Shown here: piece by piece, positions 34,565 to 43,848 of the stretch
Layout: each line of letters starts with the position of its first letter
How positions within the stretch are numbered: the stretch's first letter is position 1
Source of the DNA: a virus
Lineage: Duplodnaviria > Heunggongvirae > Uroviricota > Caudoviricetes
Direction: 5' to 3' (one strand)
Length of the DNA stretch: 64,000 nt
Virus record (IMG/VR): IMGVR_UViG_2920292642_000002
Location: 19,431-83,430 of that record
Program-made: the position numbers and the translations under genes
The notes under the pieces: model-generated
Told to the model about the DNA's origin: nothing
Databases searched by the model: none
Seen by the model: the letters and a program-made list of their open reading frames with translations, nothing else

Positions 34565-34938
34565 ACAACATGACGCTGGAAGCGATCCTCGAAGAGCTTT
34601 GCCGCTACGGCCTACCGTCTCTGCATCCGTTCATGGCGGACCCCTACGATCGAGATCAAACCAAGCCAACTAAGCCCGGTCTGTGGGACTGCCACATTCA
34701 GGTGCCCTACAACGACGCCTCCTATGAACTCAACCCGTATCGCCACGGTGAATGCTCGGGGACGCGGGCATACGCACGCAAGTTCAAGCAGCAGGTCGGC
34801 TTCAATGGACGCGGCAAGACGGCGCGGGAAGCTGCGCAGCAGTGCCTCGATCGGGTCCTGCTCTATCAGGAATATGGCTGGCACTATCTGTGGCCGGCCG
34901 AAAAGAAACCCGCAGGAGTGCCCGACATTGCCGCGTAA
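34561..34938 (+). CDS. hypothetical protein (125 aa)
   Basis: ORF track. Confidence 0.45.
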   Translation: MNNMTLEAILEELCRYGLPSLHPFMADPYDRDQTKPTKPGLWDCHIQVPYNDASYELNPYRHGECSGTRAYARKFKQQVGFNGRGKTAREAAQQCLDRVLLYQEYGWHYLWPAEKKPAGVPDIAA

Positions 34939-34966
34939 ATTGACCGTGACCGAAGCCCTTGCAGAG

Positions 34967-35131
34967 ATGAAACAGAACGTGATCGACTGTGACGGCATTG
35001 AAGTCTTCAAGGCCGATTGGCCTCTGGGTGACAAGCTCGTCGCAGCCGGGGAGTGTGAGTGGATCGGCGATCCTCGCGGTCCCTATTTAGCGTGGAAGCG
35101 CCTCGGACTAGCAGGGAGTGTCCAGTCTTGA
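34967..35131 (+). CDS. hypothetical small protein (start uncertain; MKQNVIDCDGIEVFKADWPLGDK...)
   Basis: tail of ORF 34724..35131; alternative TTG/GTG starts at 34939/34945. Confidence 0.3.
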   Translation: MKQNVIDCDGIEVFKADWPLGDKLVAAGECEWIGDPRGPYLAWKRLGLAGSVQS

Positions 35132-35394
35132 AGACCTTTGAGATCGAAGTCCGCCAGACCGTCAAGGTCACGCTCGACGAGTCCAAGTTCACTGAACCGT
35201 TCATGGAGGAGTTCCGGGCGCACTTCTTCCCGTTTTATGACGTGGAAGACCACGCCAAGCACATTGCTCAGCTTACCGCCCGCGAGGTCGCCGACTTTGG
35301 CCACAACCGGCATGAGTTCGTCGAAGGTTATGGGCCGATCGGCGACTTCGGCATCCGCGCCGAGGTCACCGACACCGAGATGGAGGTTCTGTAA
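35128..35394 (+). CDS. hypothetical protein (KTFEIEVRQTVKVTLDESKF...; non-ATG start likely)
   Basis: tail of ORF 35059..35394. Confidence 0.35.
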   Translation: MKTFEIEVRQTVKVTLDESKFTEPFMEEFRAHFFPFYDVEDHAKHIAQLTAREVADFGHNRHEFVEGYGPIGDFGIRAEVTDTEMEVL

Positions 35395-35619
35395 ATGAGT
35401 GCAGCAACCTCAGCAGCTACGGCAGCAACCACCGCGTGTCTTGCAGTGATTCTGATCGAGGAAGATCGGCGTCGCCGGGAGAAAGAGGGAGAAATACCCT
35501 ACTATCCTTATTATTCGAGCGACTACGTTGCGCCTTCACCGTGGTGGTGGCGTTTGTTTGTGCTCACGATGATCCTCTTCTGTGTTGGCGTGGCCGGCGT
35601 CGTCTGGGCCTTGTCATGA
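35395..35619 (+). CDS. small membrane protein (74 aa)
   Basis: ORF track; C-terminal TM LFVLTMILFCVGVAGVVWAL. Confidence 0.45.
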   Translation: MSAATSAATAATTACLAVILIEEDRRRREKEGEIPYYPYYSSDYVAPSPWWWRLFVLTMILFCVGVAGVVWALS

Positions 35620-35804
35620 TCGACCCCGGAGAGCACGAACTGGTCACCATCGAGCAGCCTTATGACAAGGTCGAAGAGGGGCTGCTGAGGAGGATTGAGG
35701 ACCTGCGGCAGGAGTACATGCAGCGGATACAGCCTTTGGTCGACGAGTTCGTCGCACGCAGGGCCACAAAGGTGCCGAAGTATATTTTGGTGAGGAAGGG
35801 TTGA
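35616..35804 (+). CDS. hypothetical protein (62 aa, MIDPGEHELVTIEQPYDK...)
   Basis: ATGA overlap with previous gene; tail of ORF 35436..35804. Confidence 0.4.
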   Translation: MIDPGEHELVTIEQPYDKVEEGLLRRIEDLRQEYMQRIQPLVDEFVARRATKVPKYILVRKG

Positions 35805-36035
35805 TTGATGGCATCGGTCAACGTTTCAGAAGCTGAGTTCATGGTCGTCGCACACGCTGCCTACGAGGCTCATGCGCATGGTGACACGGATTCGGCCAAG
35901 GTGTTGGATAAGCTCGCCCGCAAGATCAATGCGGCGCTGTCCAATGAGACCACGTCAAGGGCCACTCCTTTCGCCCGCGTGACAAAACCGGCGTCGTGGA
36001 AGGACATGCCGTCGACATTGGATAGGGAGGGTTGA
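35805..36035 (+). CDS. hypothetical protein (76 aa); stop embedded in GGTTGAGTGCAG junction
   Basis: ORF track. Confidence 0.45.
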   Translation: MMASVNVSEAEFMVVAHAAYEAHAHGDTDSAKVLDKLARKINAALSNETTSRATPFARVTKPASWKDMPSTLDREG

Positions 36036-36041
36036 GTGCAG

Positions 36042-36344
36042 ATGAAGTCGATCCTGAGCCCACGTGAGACCGAATTTCTCGTCGATCTCTTCCGCAAGTC
36101 GAAGGGCGAGCCGTGGGAGCCGAACAATCCCAAGCACCCGTTCTTCGACAAGGCGATCAAGGCCGGTTACCTGCGGCGTGCAGACGGACGCTGCGGCTTC
36201 GAGCGGTTCAAGGACTCCTTCGTCGCGTGGACAGAGGCCGGGCACAATGCTCTAACCCTGTCCGAGGCGGTCATGGAGCCTGTCCGTCGCCAAGAGATCA
36301 TTAGACACCGAGCAATGGGGATCGTGAATGCAGCTACCAATTGA
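36042..36344 (+). CDS. hypothetical protein (100 aa)
   Basis: ATG directly after junction motif. Confidence 0.45.
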   Translation: MKSILSPRETEFLVDLFRKSKGEPWEPNNPKHPFFDKAIKAGYLRRADGRCGFERFKDSFVAWTEAGHNALTLSEAVMEPVRRQEIIRHRAMGIVNAATN

Positions 36345-36783
36345 CGTGGCGCGGCAAGCGCCATTCAAGAAGCCAAAATACATCGACGAAGAGACGCCGA
36401 TGCTCTCGCGATGGATGGTCTTCGGCTTCCGGCCCGAGGATCAGCACAAGCCCTACGCACATCAACGCGTCGACGTGACCGATCCGAACGGCAGTGACAT
36501 CTTCACGAACGTCACCGGAAAGCAGGCAGACGCGATCCTAAAGGCGCGAAACGACTTCGTCGACGCGATCCTCAAGATCATCAATCATCGCGTTCCTGAG
36601 GCGTGGCGGGTTGGGATGCGGGTCGAGTATATCCGCCAAATCTCGTGGGGACCAAGTACCGGCGACAAGGGAACGATCGTCGAAGTCAACGGCGTGAACG
36701 ACTTCATCGTCATGCCCGACGAAAACGAGTCCCATCGGTTCTACACCACCACCGACGACGTGACGTGGTTGCCCGACGATTAA
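36328..36783 (+). CDS. hypothetical protein (151 aa)
   Basis: ORF track. Confidence 0.45.
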   Translation: MQLPIDVARQAPFKKPKYIDEETPMLSRWMVFGFRPEDQHKPYAHQRVDVTDPNGSDIFTNVTGKQADAILKARNDFVDAILKIINHRVPEAWRVGMRVEYIRQISWGPSTGDKGTIVEVNGVNDFIVMPDENESHRFYTTTDDVTWLPDD

Positions 36784-36858
36784 CCATGTCCAGTTTTTCT
36801 GTTTGATTTTGTCCAGAATCGGTGTAATTCTGTCTTCGTCAACACACGGAGATTACGC

Positions 36859-37377
36859 ATGACGGACCTGCTCAAAGAACTCGCCGACGCTGAGGCTGAA
36901 GCTGCCCAGCGCGTCAGGCTGGAGAAGCGGCCGAAGCCCCAGTTCGGATATCGCAACATGTACGCGGTCATGATCGACGGCGTGTACCGGGGCTTCGTTG
37001 CCATGCGGAACGGATGGGGCGGTCGCTGGGACTATCTGAACATCTATCAGCGGCGTCCTCAGAGCGCATTTCTTCCCTTTATCTACGACAAGGAAGGTGC
37101 GCCTCGACGCATCCTTGAAGCCTACACGAAGTATCCAAACGAATCGTTCTGGCGCAGCGTTGAGGAGATCGAGGCAGCGGAGTCCAAGAAGAAGGAAGAG
37201 GCCGAGCAGCGTGAGCAGGCTTGGAAGAAGGCTGCCGAAGAGCGGCGAGAGAAGAACGCGGCGACGCTGGAAGGTCTTATTTCCCTGCGCGACAATCACG
37301 ACAGCCGGCGCTATACCAATCAGGAGTTCGCGGCGATTGTTGCGGCGATCGACTATTTCAAGGGGCAGGTAGGGTGA
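36859..37377 (+). CDS. hypothetical protein (172 aa), own promoter/leader GTCAACACACGGAG
   Basis: ORF track. Confidence 0.5.
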   Translation: MTDLLKELADAEAEAAQRVRLEKRPKPQFGYRNMYAVMIDGVYRGFVAMRNGWGGRWDYLNIYQRRPQSAFLPFIYDKEGAPRRILEAYTKYPNESFWRSVEEIEAAESKKKEEAEQREQAWKKAAEERREKNAATLEGLISLRDNHDSRRYTNQEFAAIVAAIDYFKGQVG

Positions 37378-37616
37378 TGGCCGGCGATCAAAACTACGAG
37401 CGGTATCTGGAGGGTCGGCAGCTACGCCGCATGAAGGCCGACGATCGCTGGCTTGCCCGGCGCGAGCGGCTTGAGGCCAAGGCCGATCGGATGATCGGCG
37501 AACTCTGTCGCGACGGTAAGACCGTCCACTACGTCTTTCCAGTTGGCGGACGCTACAAGGAAGGAACGTGGGGAGAACTGGTCGACTACCTGATCCGTAA
37601 CAAGTGGGTGCACTGA
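37377..37616 (+). CDS. hypothetical protein (79 aa)
   Basis: TGATG coupling; tail of ORF 37221..37616. Confidence 0.4.
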   Translation: MAGDQNYERYLEGRQLRRMKADDRWLARRERLEAKADRMIGELCRDGKTVHYVFPVGGRYKEGTWGELVDYLIRNKWVH

Positions 37617-37801
37617 TGGGATACCCAAACGTCACCGCATTCTGCAAGGCTCTCGGGCATCATGGAGTGTGTCCCGAGGGTCTGGAGGTCATGGGTAAGG
37701 TCGCGCACTTCCTCGACGAGGAGACGCGCGAGGAATACGACCAGATCATGCGCGATCTCCGGGCGATGTTCGCGCCGGTAGGCGAGTCGTCACAGGACTG
37801 A
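37616..37801 (+). CDS. hypothetical protein (61 aa)
   Basis: ATG in ORF 37604..37801. Confidence 0.4.
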   Translation: MGYPNVTAFCKALGHHGVCPEGLEVMGKVAHFLDEETREEYDQIMRDLRAMFAPVGESSQD

Positions 37802-37881
37802 CGTTAACCACGTCCAGTTTTTCTGTTTGATTTTGTCCAGAATCACTGTAGATATGTGTACGTCAACACACGGAGAGACCA

Positions 37882-38469
37882 ATGACCAACGAACCGAACA
37901 TGCGCTCGATCGCGGACACCATCAACAAGGCGCAGGAAGGCTTGAGGGGCGTCCATGTGAATGCCGTCCCACGCATGTCAAAGCTGCCTGAAATCACGAT
38001 CAAGTGTGATTCCTTCGGATATACCTTCGAGCACGCACGATTCACCGCTAACTGGACGGAAGGGGACGCTCGTTTCCACGTCTGGATCAACAGCGACGGC
38101 GAAGTCGAAGAGACGATCCACAAGAATAGCATCGCGGACATGTGGATGGACACGCCGGACGGCCGTCGCGTGCACAATCCGGCGTATTATCCACATCGCA
38201 CGCTTGACCTCACTGCGAAGAAGAATCAGCCCATTCGCGAAGCGATCCTCGAACTCATCAAGGACGGTGAAGTTCTACGATCCCTTCACGCGGCTGCCAA
38301 GCAGAAAAAGGACGATGAGGAGGCAGCCAAGCAGTCTGCCTACGCCGAGAAGATGCGCAACGCGCTCCTGACCGAAGGCGCTACCCTCGGCGACGAGTTT
38401 GCGTCCTTGGTCAAGTCCCTGAGCGAGGAGCAGTTGCATACGCTCGCGAAGATAGTGCATTCAGCATGA
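37882..38469 (+). CDS. hypothetical protein (195 aa), own promoter/leader
   Basis: ORF track. Confidence 0.5.
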   Translation: MTNEPNMRSIADTINKAQEGLRGVHVNAVPRMSKLPEITIKCDSFGYTFEHARFTANWTEGDARFHVWINSDGEVEETIHKNSIADMWMDTPDGRRVHNPAYYPHRTLDLTAKKNQPIREAILELIKDGEVLRSLHAAAKQKKDDEEAAKQSAYAEKMRNALLTEGATLGDEFASLVKSLSEEQLHTLAKIVHSA

Positions 38470-38828
38470 GCATCAGGAACATCATCGCCGGCCTCTTCGG
38501 CTATGGCAAGGCGAGGGTGAATGTCGCCCTCGCCGACGCCTTCAAGAACTGGGAGCGGCCGGCTGATGCCGGCGAGCTTCCCGACGATCAGTTGCGCTAT
38601 ATCTACGACGCCAGCAAATGTCCCTACTGCAAGTCCAAGCATGGACTTTTCGAGGGTCCACGCGGCGGCGCGAGCGTCAACATGTTCTGCGGTGATCCGG
38701 ACTGCGACAGCCGATTCAACGTCGTCGACGGGAAGATTTGGGGCTTTATCCCGTGGGGCGAGTTCACCGGCCGCTGTCCTCCTGAGTTCATCGAGCAGCG
38801 CCGGAAGGAGATCGCCAATGTGGTATGA
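38466..38828 (+). CDS. zinc-finger protein (CPYC...CGDPDC)
   Basis: ORF track. Confidence 0.45.
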   Translation: MSIRNIIAGLFGYGKARVNVALADAFKNWERPADAGELPDDQLRYIYDASKCPYCKSKHGLFEGPRGGASVNMFCGDPDCDSRFNVVDGKIWGFIPWGEFTGRCPPEFIEQRRKEIANVV

Positions 38829-39123
38829 TCAGTACCAGAACAAGCTCGTCGGCTTCGTCGTCGAGACCCGTCGCGGCATGTTCAAGCCGCTGATCGGGAA
38901 GTGCATCGAGAGCGACGGCGATGACGATTGCTTCATCAGTGTGATTGGCAACCAGCCGCCGCAGGAGACGCTTGATCAAGCGCTCGCTTTCTTTGCACCT
39001 GATCAGGACAAGTTTGTCCGCGTCTTCACCAAGCCAAACAAGTCGGGCGGGATGATGGGGCATTGGCTGTGGGCGTTGATGTTCAATGAGGATGGCGTCA
39101 ACCCGAGGAAGATCGCGACCTGA
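38818..39123 (+). CDS. hypothetical protein (101 aa, MWYDQYQNKLVGF...)
   Basis: internal ATG of ORF 38521..39123. Confidence 0.4.
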   Translation: MWYDQYQNKLVGFVVETRRGMFKPLIGKCIESDGDDDCFISVIGNQPPQETLDQALAFFAPDQDKFVRVFTKPNKSGGMMGHWLWALMFNEDGVNPRKIAT

Positions 39124-39347
39124 TGGACGACCTCGACCGCTTGATCCACCACATCCAAGGCACCTGCCTGTCGATCGAGCAAGCCGTCGAGAGTCTTGAA
39201 CTCGATCCCTCGATCGACTGGAAAGACAAGCTCCTCGACCGCAACATTGAATTGTGCGGCGTCTGTAACTGGTGGCACGAGTCCGGGGAACTGGAGTTCG
39301 ATGAGCAGCGGAACTTCGGTGTCTGCGAACAGTGTCTCGACGATTAA
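39123..39347 (+). CDS. Cys-rich small protein (74 aa)
   Basis: ORF track. Confidence 0.4.
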   Translation: MDDLDRLIHHIQGTCLSIEQAVESLELDPSIDWKDKLLDRNIELCGVCNWWHESGELEFDEQRNFGVCEQCLDD

Positions 39348-39425
39348 CCATCGTCAAGATTTGCTTGACAAACCTCTTGCCGAGGAGGCGGGAGGCGTAT
39401 AGGTTGGCGGAAAGGTTGAGTACAG

Positions 39426-39779
39426 ATGCAAACTCCTAGCCTCATGGATATCATCAGGGCCAACAAGAATGAGCCCTCGGGTCCGGAAAAGCCACTTAGT
39501 TTCGGAACGCATCTTCTGGGTTCGAGGGGTTGGGCCATTCTCGAAATCACAAGAATGGAGCCGGATTGGGCGATGACCAAGGTGGTCGACGCCTCGCGCG
39601 CCGACTGTATTGGCAACGTCATGCACATATCGGGGAACACCGGCTTCATCAAGCGCGCCCGCGCCAGCAGACGCGAGGATTTGAGGACCTTCAAGGTCGG
39701 CACCCGGATCACGATCGCGATGACCTATCGCGATAAATTTGGTCATCGTCTGGCCGAGATCGAGAAGGTTGAGGGATGA
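39426..39779 (+). CDS. hypothetical protein (117 aa)
   Basis: ATG after junction motif variant GGTTGAGTACAG. Confidence 0.45.
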   Translation: MQTPSLMDIIRANKNEPSGPEKPLSFGTHLLGSRGWAILEITRMEPDWAMTKVVDASRADCIGNVMHISGNTGFIKRARASRREDLRTFKVGTRITIAMTYRDKFGHRLAEIEKVEG

Positions 39780-39970
39780 GCATCCAAGATGACATCTTTG
39801 ACGTTGAGCATGCCCTGCGTCGCAATCCGGCGATGAAGAAGGCATTCGAGCGCATCGTCACACACCTTGCCGCCGTCGAGCGGAGAGAAGAGCAGGCACG
39901 GACACATCTGCTCCGTCTTGCTGATGGTGCGAAGGCCTTCAAGGAACTGGTCGATCTAGGTCGGGGTTGA
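39776..39970 (+). CDS. hypothetical protein (64 aa)
   Basis: ORF track; stop in junction motif. Confidence 0.4.
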   Translation: MSIQDDIFDVEHALRRNPAMKKAFERIVTHLAAVERREEQARTHLLRLADGAKAFKELVDLGRG

Positions 39971-39977
39971 GTGCAGA

Positions 39978-40295
39978 ATGAACCGCAAGGACCGCACCAT
40001 AGCAGCCGGTCTGGCGGCGCGCTGGGAATGGGGAAGCACGAGCAGCGGTCCTGAGGCAGCGGCGAAGTATGCCTGCGCCAAGGACCTGATCGAGGAGCTT
40101 GCGATCCCGGCCGAGGACCTGTCCTTCGCGCGCGCTTGGGAGATAGCCGAGCGCATGCAGATCAAGGACGACGAAGCGCTGATGGATGTCCTGAATGACA
40201 TGGTGGACGACGACTACAAGGCCGTGGTCGACATGATCGAGGACTTTGGTTTCGACGGCCTGAAGCATGAGATCACGAAGAGGGCGACGGCATGA
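39978..40295 (+). CDS. hypothetical protein (105 aa)
   Basis: ORF track. Confidence 0.45.
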   Translation: MNRKDRTIAAGLAARWEWGSTSSGPEAAAKYACAKDLIEELAIPAEDLSFARAWEIAERMQIKDDEALMDVLNDMVDDDYKAVVDMIEDFGFDGLKHEITKRATA

Positions 40296-40699
40296 TTGTC
40301 GAGTGGGACAAGGTCGACGCCGACTACCTGCGCAAGGTTCTGGCCGAGAACGATCCGGCCGCGTTCCGCAAGCTCTATCTGTGCGAGCCGGTGCCAGAGC
40401 CTTTTCCTGAGGTCTACTGGTTCTTCGCGCCGAGCTTCCGCGTCGCCGAGGCGGTCCTGTGGTCCGACTATGACATCCACCCGAAGCTACCGATCATCAA
40501 GATCGTGACCAAGTCTATAGACAGTCTGCGTAGCCTCAAGGCCGGATCGACCGTGACGATGTTTGATGACCCTGAATTTTCAGAGCGCATCCGCATGCGA
40601 GACCGTGAAGAGTTCTGGATGCTGGGCAGATATCGCGGCTGGCGTAACTGGGACAAGCGCGACAGGGATTACCTTCGAGCTTTGACAAGACAGGGTTGA
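40292..40699 (+). CDS. hypothetical protein (135 aa)
   Basis: ORF track. Confidence 0.45.
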   Translation: MIVEWDKVDADYLRKVLAENDPAAFRKLYLCEPVPEPFPEVYWFFAPSFRVAEAVLWSDYDIHPKLPIIKIVTKSIDSLRSLKAGSTVTMFDDPEFSERIRMRDREEFWMLGRYRGWRNWDKRDRDYLRALTRQG

Positions 40700-40705
40700 G
40701 TGCAG

Positions 40706-40972
40706 ATGACGGATCAGGCTAAAAGCACGCGCCTATTTACGTTTCCAGACAAACTTCTCGTGGCGACGAGCCTTATGGAGGCACGTCGAATCAAGCGCGT
40801 GCTTGGCCTCGGCGACGATTGGCGACCGGTTGGGTTGTACCAGAACATGGCTGGATTCCGTGCTTCCAAGATCGTGGTGATCGGCGTCAAGTTCTATAGA
40901 GGACTGGAGGTCGACTTGGTCGAGCAGCTTCGGTCGCGCCTGCGGCCGGGCGGTGATTTGGAGACCATTTGA
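40706..40972 (+). CDS. hypothetical protein (88 aa)
   Basis: ATG after junction motif. Confidence 0.45.
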   Translation: MTDQAKSTRLFTFPDKLLVATSLMEARRIKRVLGLGDDWRPVGLYQNMAGFRASKIVVIGVKFYRGLEVDLVEQLRSRLRPGGDLETI

Positions 40973-40973
40973 G

Positions 40974-41144
40974 ATGACCACGGAAGAAGAGGTTGAATGG
41001 TGGGCTCCGATGCTCGCTTACCATAACGGCCGTAAGCATGCAGCTTGGGGCTGGCCTCGGCGGTATGGAGCCAACTGGCACCAGAAGCAGAAAGACGCCT
41101 ACGATCGTGGCTGGAAAGAGACGGTGAATGGCCGAGGAAGCTGA
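40974..41144 (+). CDS. hypothetical small protein (56 aa)
   Basis: manual; tail of ORF 40953..41144. Confidence 0.35.
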   Translation: MTTEEEVEWWAPMLAYHNGRKHAAWGWPRRYGANWHQKQKDAYDRGWKETVNGRGS

Positions 41145-41433
41145 AAGCGAACGCCTGCGCCGACTTGGCTGGGACTGGCTGCGAAAGACACGTCGGGACA
41201 TCAGAGCCCGCGAAGCTGCCGAGGCTTTGCAGACCGACGCCGGTCTCCTGAAAGCCCTGCCGGCGATGATCCAAGTGCACCGCACGATCGCCGAGAACAC
41301 GGACAACAACTACTATATCCGCGACCTGTCGGCGAAGACCTATCAGGTGATGGAGCACGCGGAACGGCGACTCAAGGAACTGCTCAAGGACGAGGCCCTG
41401 CGCCAGTGGGGAGAGTCCTCGAACTTCTCGTGA
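41128..41433 (+). CDS. hypothetical protein (101 aa)
   Basis: ORF track. Confidence 0.45.
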   Translation: MAEEAESERLRRLGWDWLRKTRRDIRAREAAEALQTDAGLLKALPAMIQVHRTIAENTDNNYYIRDLSAKTYQVMEHAERRLKELLKDEALRQWGESSNFS

Positions 41434-41442
41434 TGGGTTGAC

Positions 41443-41673
41443 ATGTCTAAGCTGACACAGCGCCTACTCAACAGAGCCGCAGACCTCGCCGAGCTTCAGT
41501 CGAAGGTCCAGTCCGATCTTACCGAGGCCTTCCGAGAGCGCTACGGCACCACCTACTCCGATGTCAACGCCGACGAAATCATAGATGTGCTTGACTATCA
41601 TGGCGGACATATCACACTCAGTGATGTCGACGAAATCATGACAAAGGCCGGGTATCCGCCGCGAAAGGGTTGA
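41443..41673 (+). CDS. hypothetical protein (76 aa)
   Basis: ORF track. Confidence 0.45.
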   Translation: MSKLTQRLLNRAADLAELQSKVQSDLTEAFRERYGTTYSDVNADEIIDVLDYHGGHITLSDVDEIMTKAGYPPRKG

Positions 41674-41679
41674 GTGCAG

Positions 41680-41958
41680 ATGGGTAGCTACACACTCCTC
41701 GAAAAGAACGGCCTCATGGTCGACCTCGACGAGGCGAAGAAGGACTTCACCTTGGCGATCGTCGCCGAGGAGCCAGCCATGCTCAAGGTGAGCACGCACT
41801 ATCACCACCACGTCGAGATCATCGACCCGATGCTCTCGCCGGAGGACCTGATTCAGATCGGCATGCGGCTGATCAAGGTCGCGGCCGGACGGATGTCGCC
41901 GGAGGCCATCAAGGAGGCGGCTGGTGAGTTCGAGAAGATACTAGCCGTCAAGGAGTGA
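41680..41958 (+). CDS. hypothetical protein (92 aa)
   Basis: ATG after junction motif. Confidence 0.45.
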   Translation: MGSYTLLEKNGLMVDLDEAKKDFTLAIVAEEPAMLKVSTHYHHHVEIIDPMLSPEDLIQIGMRLIKVAAGRMSPEAIKEAAGEFEKILAVKE

Positions 41959-41967
41959 TCGCCGGCC

Positions 41968-42381
41968 ATGATCGCTCACTACATCCTGCGCGATCGCGAA
42001 CCGGTCCCGGCCGAGTTGATGGAGTGGGCGCGGTGGTTCGAGACGGCCGATCGGCACGTCGCGCTCGCCGACACCCAGCTTCACACGGTCTCGACGGTCT
42101 TCCTCGGCATCGATCACAATTTCAGCCGCCACGGCCGGCCGCTGCTCTTCGAGACGATGGTGTTCGAGCGCTGGAAGGGGGAAGACCGACAGGATGAGCC
42201 CGAGCGCGACGGTTTACCAGACCGGGTCATCGACTGGATCGAGACTCTTGGCATCTGCCGGCGCTACCCGACATGGGGCGACGCCGAGGAAGGTCACCGC
42301 AAGGTCGTGGCCGAGGTCCTGCGCACTGAGATGGACGCCAATCACCAACTGTTCGAAGCGATCCGCAAGCCCGCTCGCTGA
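41968..42381 (+). CDS. hypothetical protein (137 aa)
   Basis: ORF track. Confidence 0.45.
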   Translation: MIAHYILRDREPVPAELMEWARWFETADRHVALADTQLHTVSTVFLGIDHNFSRHGRPLLFETMVFERWKGEDRQDEPERDGLPDRVIDWIETLGICRRYPTWGDAEEGHRKVVAEVLRTEMDANHQLFEAIRKPAR

Positions 42382-43848
42382 TCACCGGACCTGATATTTC
42401 CGGTTTGCCTCATCCATCTCACGCTGGCGCTTCTGCCGGCTGCGCTCCCACATCACGTCCTCGACATCCTCAGGGCAGAATAGGTCGAGCGCTTCCTGCG
42501 TCAGCCGGCGATCGTAGGTCGTGACCTTCTCGATCCACGTGCCCTTGCCGTCGCCATAGCCTTTCGTCTCCCTGTTCAGACGCATGCGCGCGTAATGCGC
42601 GTCCGGGATCGTGCCGTGGAATTTCTGCCAATCCGGATGGAAGTCCCTGATGTCCTCCATCATCCCGTTGAAGGTGAAAAAGGCATCCGGGCTGACCTGC
42701 TGGCGGAACGCCTGCCGGCGCATGAACTCGTAGAACCAGTCGACCAGATAGTTCTCCTTGACATCGTAGTCGTGGAAAGCCTGCCGGCGCGGCCGGTAGA
42801 GTCCGTAACGCACGCGCTCAATTCGCGCTTCTCGATCGGTGTCGTCCGCACCCTTGCTCTTGGTTCGCCGCCAGCGTTCGAGATGGGTATCGATCGTGTG
42901 TGGGTTGGAGGGCTCACCGAAGACCTCGGGATCGGCCGTCATCCTGACCACGGTCTCTCGATCGAAGACGGGGAAATGCTCCAGCTTGAGGAGGATGTCC
43001 TTCCACGTCCACATCCGCTCATTGCGCTTGGCCGAAAGCTTCTCGATGTTGAAGGCGGCGCGGCGCTCGCGGAACACGTCATAGACATCCGACCGGTTGA
43101 TCCTGTCCAGAATCTCCGGCTGGATCATGAACTGGCCGGTCGATTTCGGCATGCGGCCGTTCGGAAGGGTCCGATGCTTGGCGAACATCTCCGCCTCGAT
43201 CGGCGCAATCATGTGACGGGCCGACTCGATCGTATGTGGAGTGAACAGATACTTCTTGGCAACGCGTCGGAAGAATGGCTCGCTCGGGTGATAGAAGGTC
43301 CGGCTCGGGTCCACGTCCATGGCGTAACGACCCATGGGACCGACACCCAACGTCTCGATCATCTCGTCGGACCGCTCCAGCTTCTTGCGATATCCCTCGG
43401 GATCGGCGTCGAGATGGAACACGTCGGTGAAGCAGGAGGAGAAGAGCTTGCGGGTCATCCACACCGCGCCCGGCCGGAAGTCGCGCTCCTGACTGTCGCG
43501 GGTGATTGTGAACGGGTTGCCGTCACTGTCGAGCACAGGCTTGCCGTCGATCAGGTATGGCGTCTCGATCGGCGGGTGGTAGATGCCCTTGTGATCGGTG
43601 TAGCCATAATACTCGCGCCGGGTCGCGGCCGGGAAGGGTGTCGCCCGGAGATAGGCGTCGCAGACCGCGCGCATCCATATCTCCATGGCGGTGAAGACGA
43701 ACTCCTTGCCGTCCTCCTCGACCTCGAACAGATTCTGAAACCTCGGCGAGACGCGGCGCTTGCGGGCATTGCTACGAATGTTTCGGTTCTGCGACCGTCG
43801 CTCCTTCGAACGCCCGCTTCCCATCTTCAGCTTCATTCTGCACTCACT
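42382..43848 (-). CDS. hypothetical protein (~488 aa) with highly basic N-terminus
   Basis: ORF 42382..43854; ATG at 43848 follows duplicated junction motif; no family recognised. Confidence 0.5.
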   Translation of the reverse strand, partial: SECRMKLKMGSGRSKERRSQNRNIRSNARKRRVSPRFQNLFEVEEDGKEFVFTAMEIWMRAVCDAYLRATPFPAATRREYYGYTDHKGIYHPPIETPYLIDGKPVLDSDGNPFTITRDSQERDFRPGAVWMTRKLFSSCFTDVFHLDADPEGYRKKLERSDEMIETLGVGPMGRYAMDVDPSRTFYHPSEPFFRRVAKKYLFTPHTIESARHMIAPIEAEMFAKHRTLPNGRMPKSTGQFMIQPEILDRINRSDVYDVFRERRAAFNIEKLSAKRNERMWTWKDILLKLEHFPVFDRETVVRMTADPEVFGEPSNPHTIDTHLERWRRTKSKGADDTDREARIERVRYGLYRPRRQAFHDYDVKENYLVDWFYEFMRRQAFRQQVSPDAFFTFNGMMEDIRDFHPDWQKFHGTIPDAHYARMRLNRETKGYGDGKGTWIEKVTTYDRRLTQEALDLFCPEDVEDVMWERSRQKRQREMDEANRKYQVR

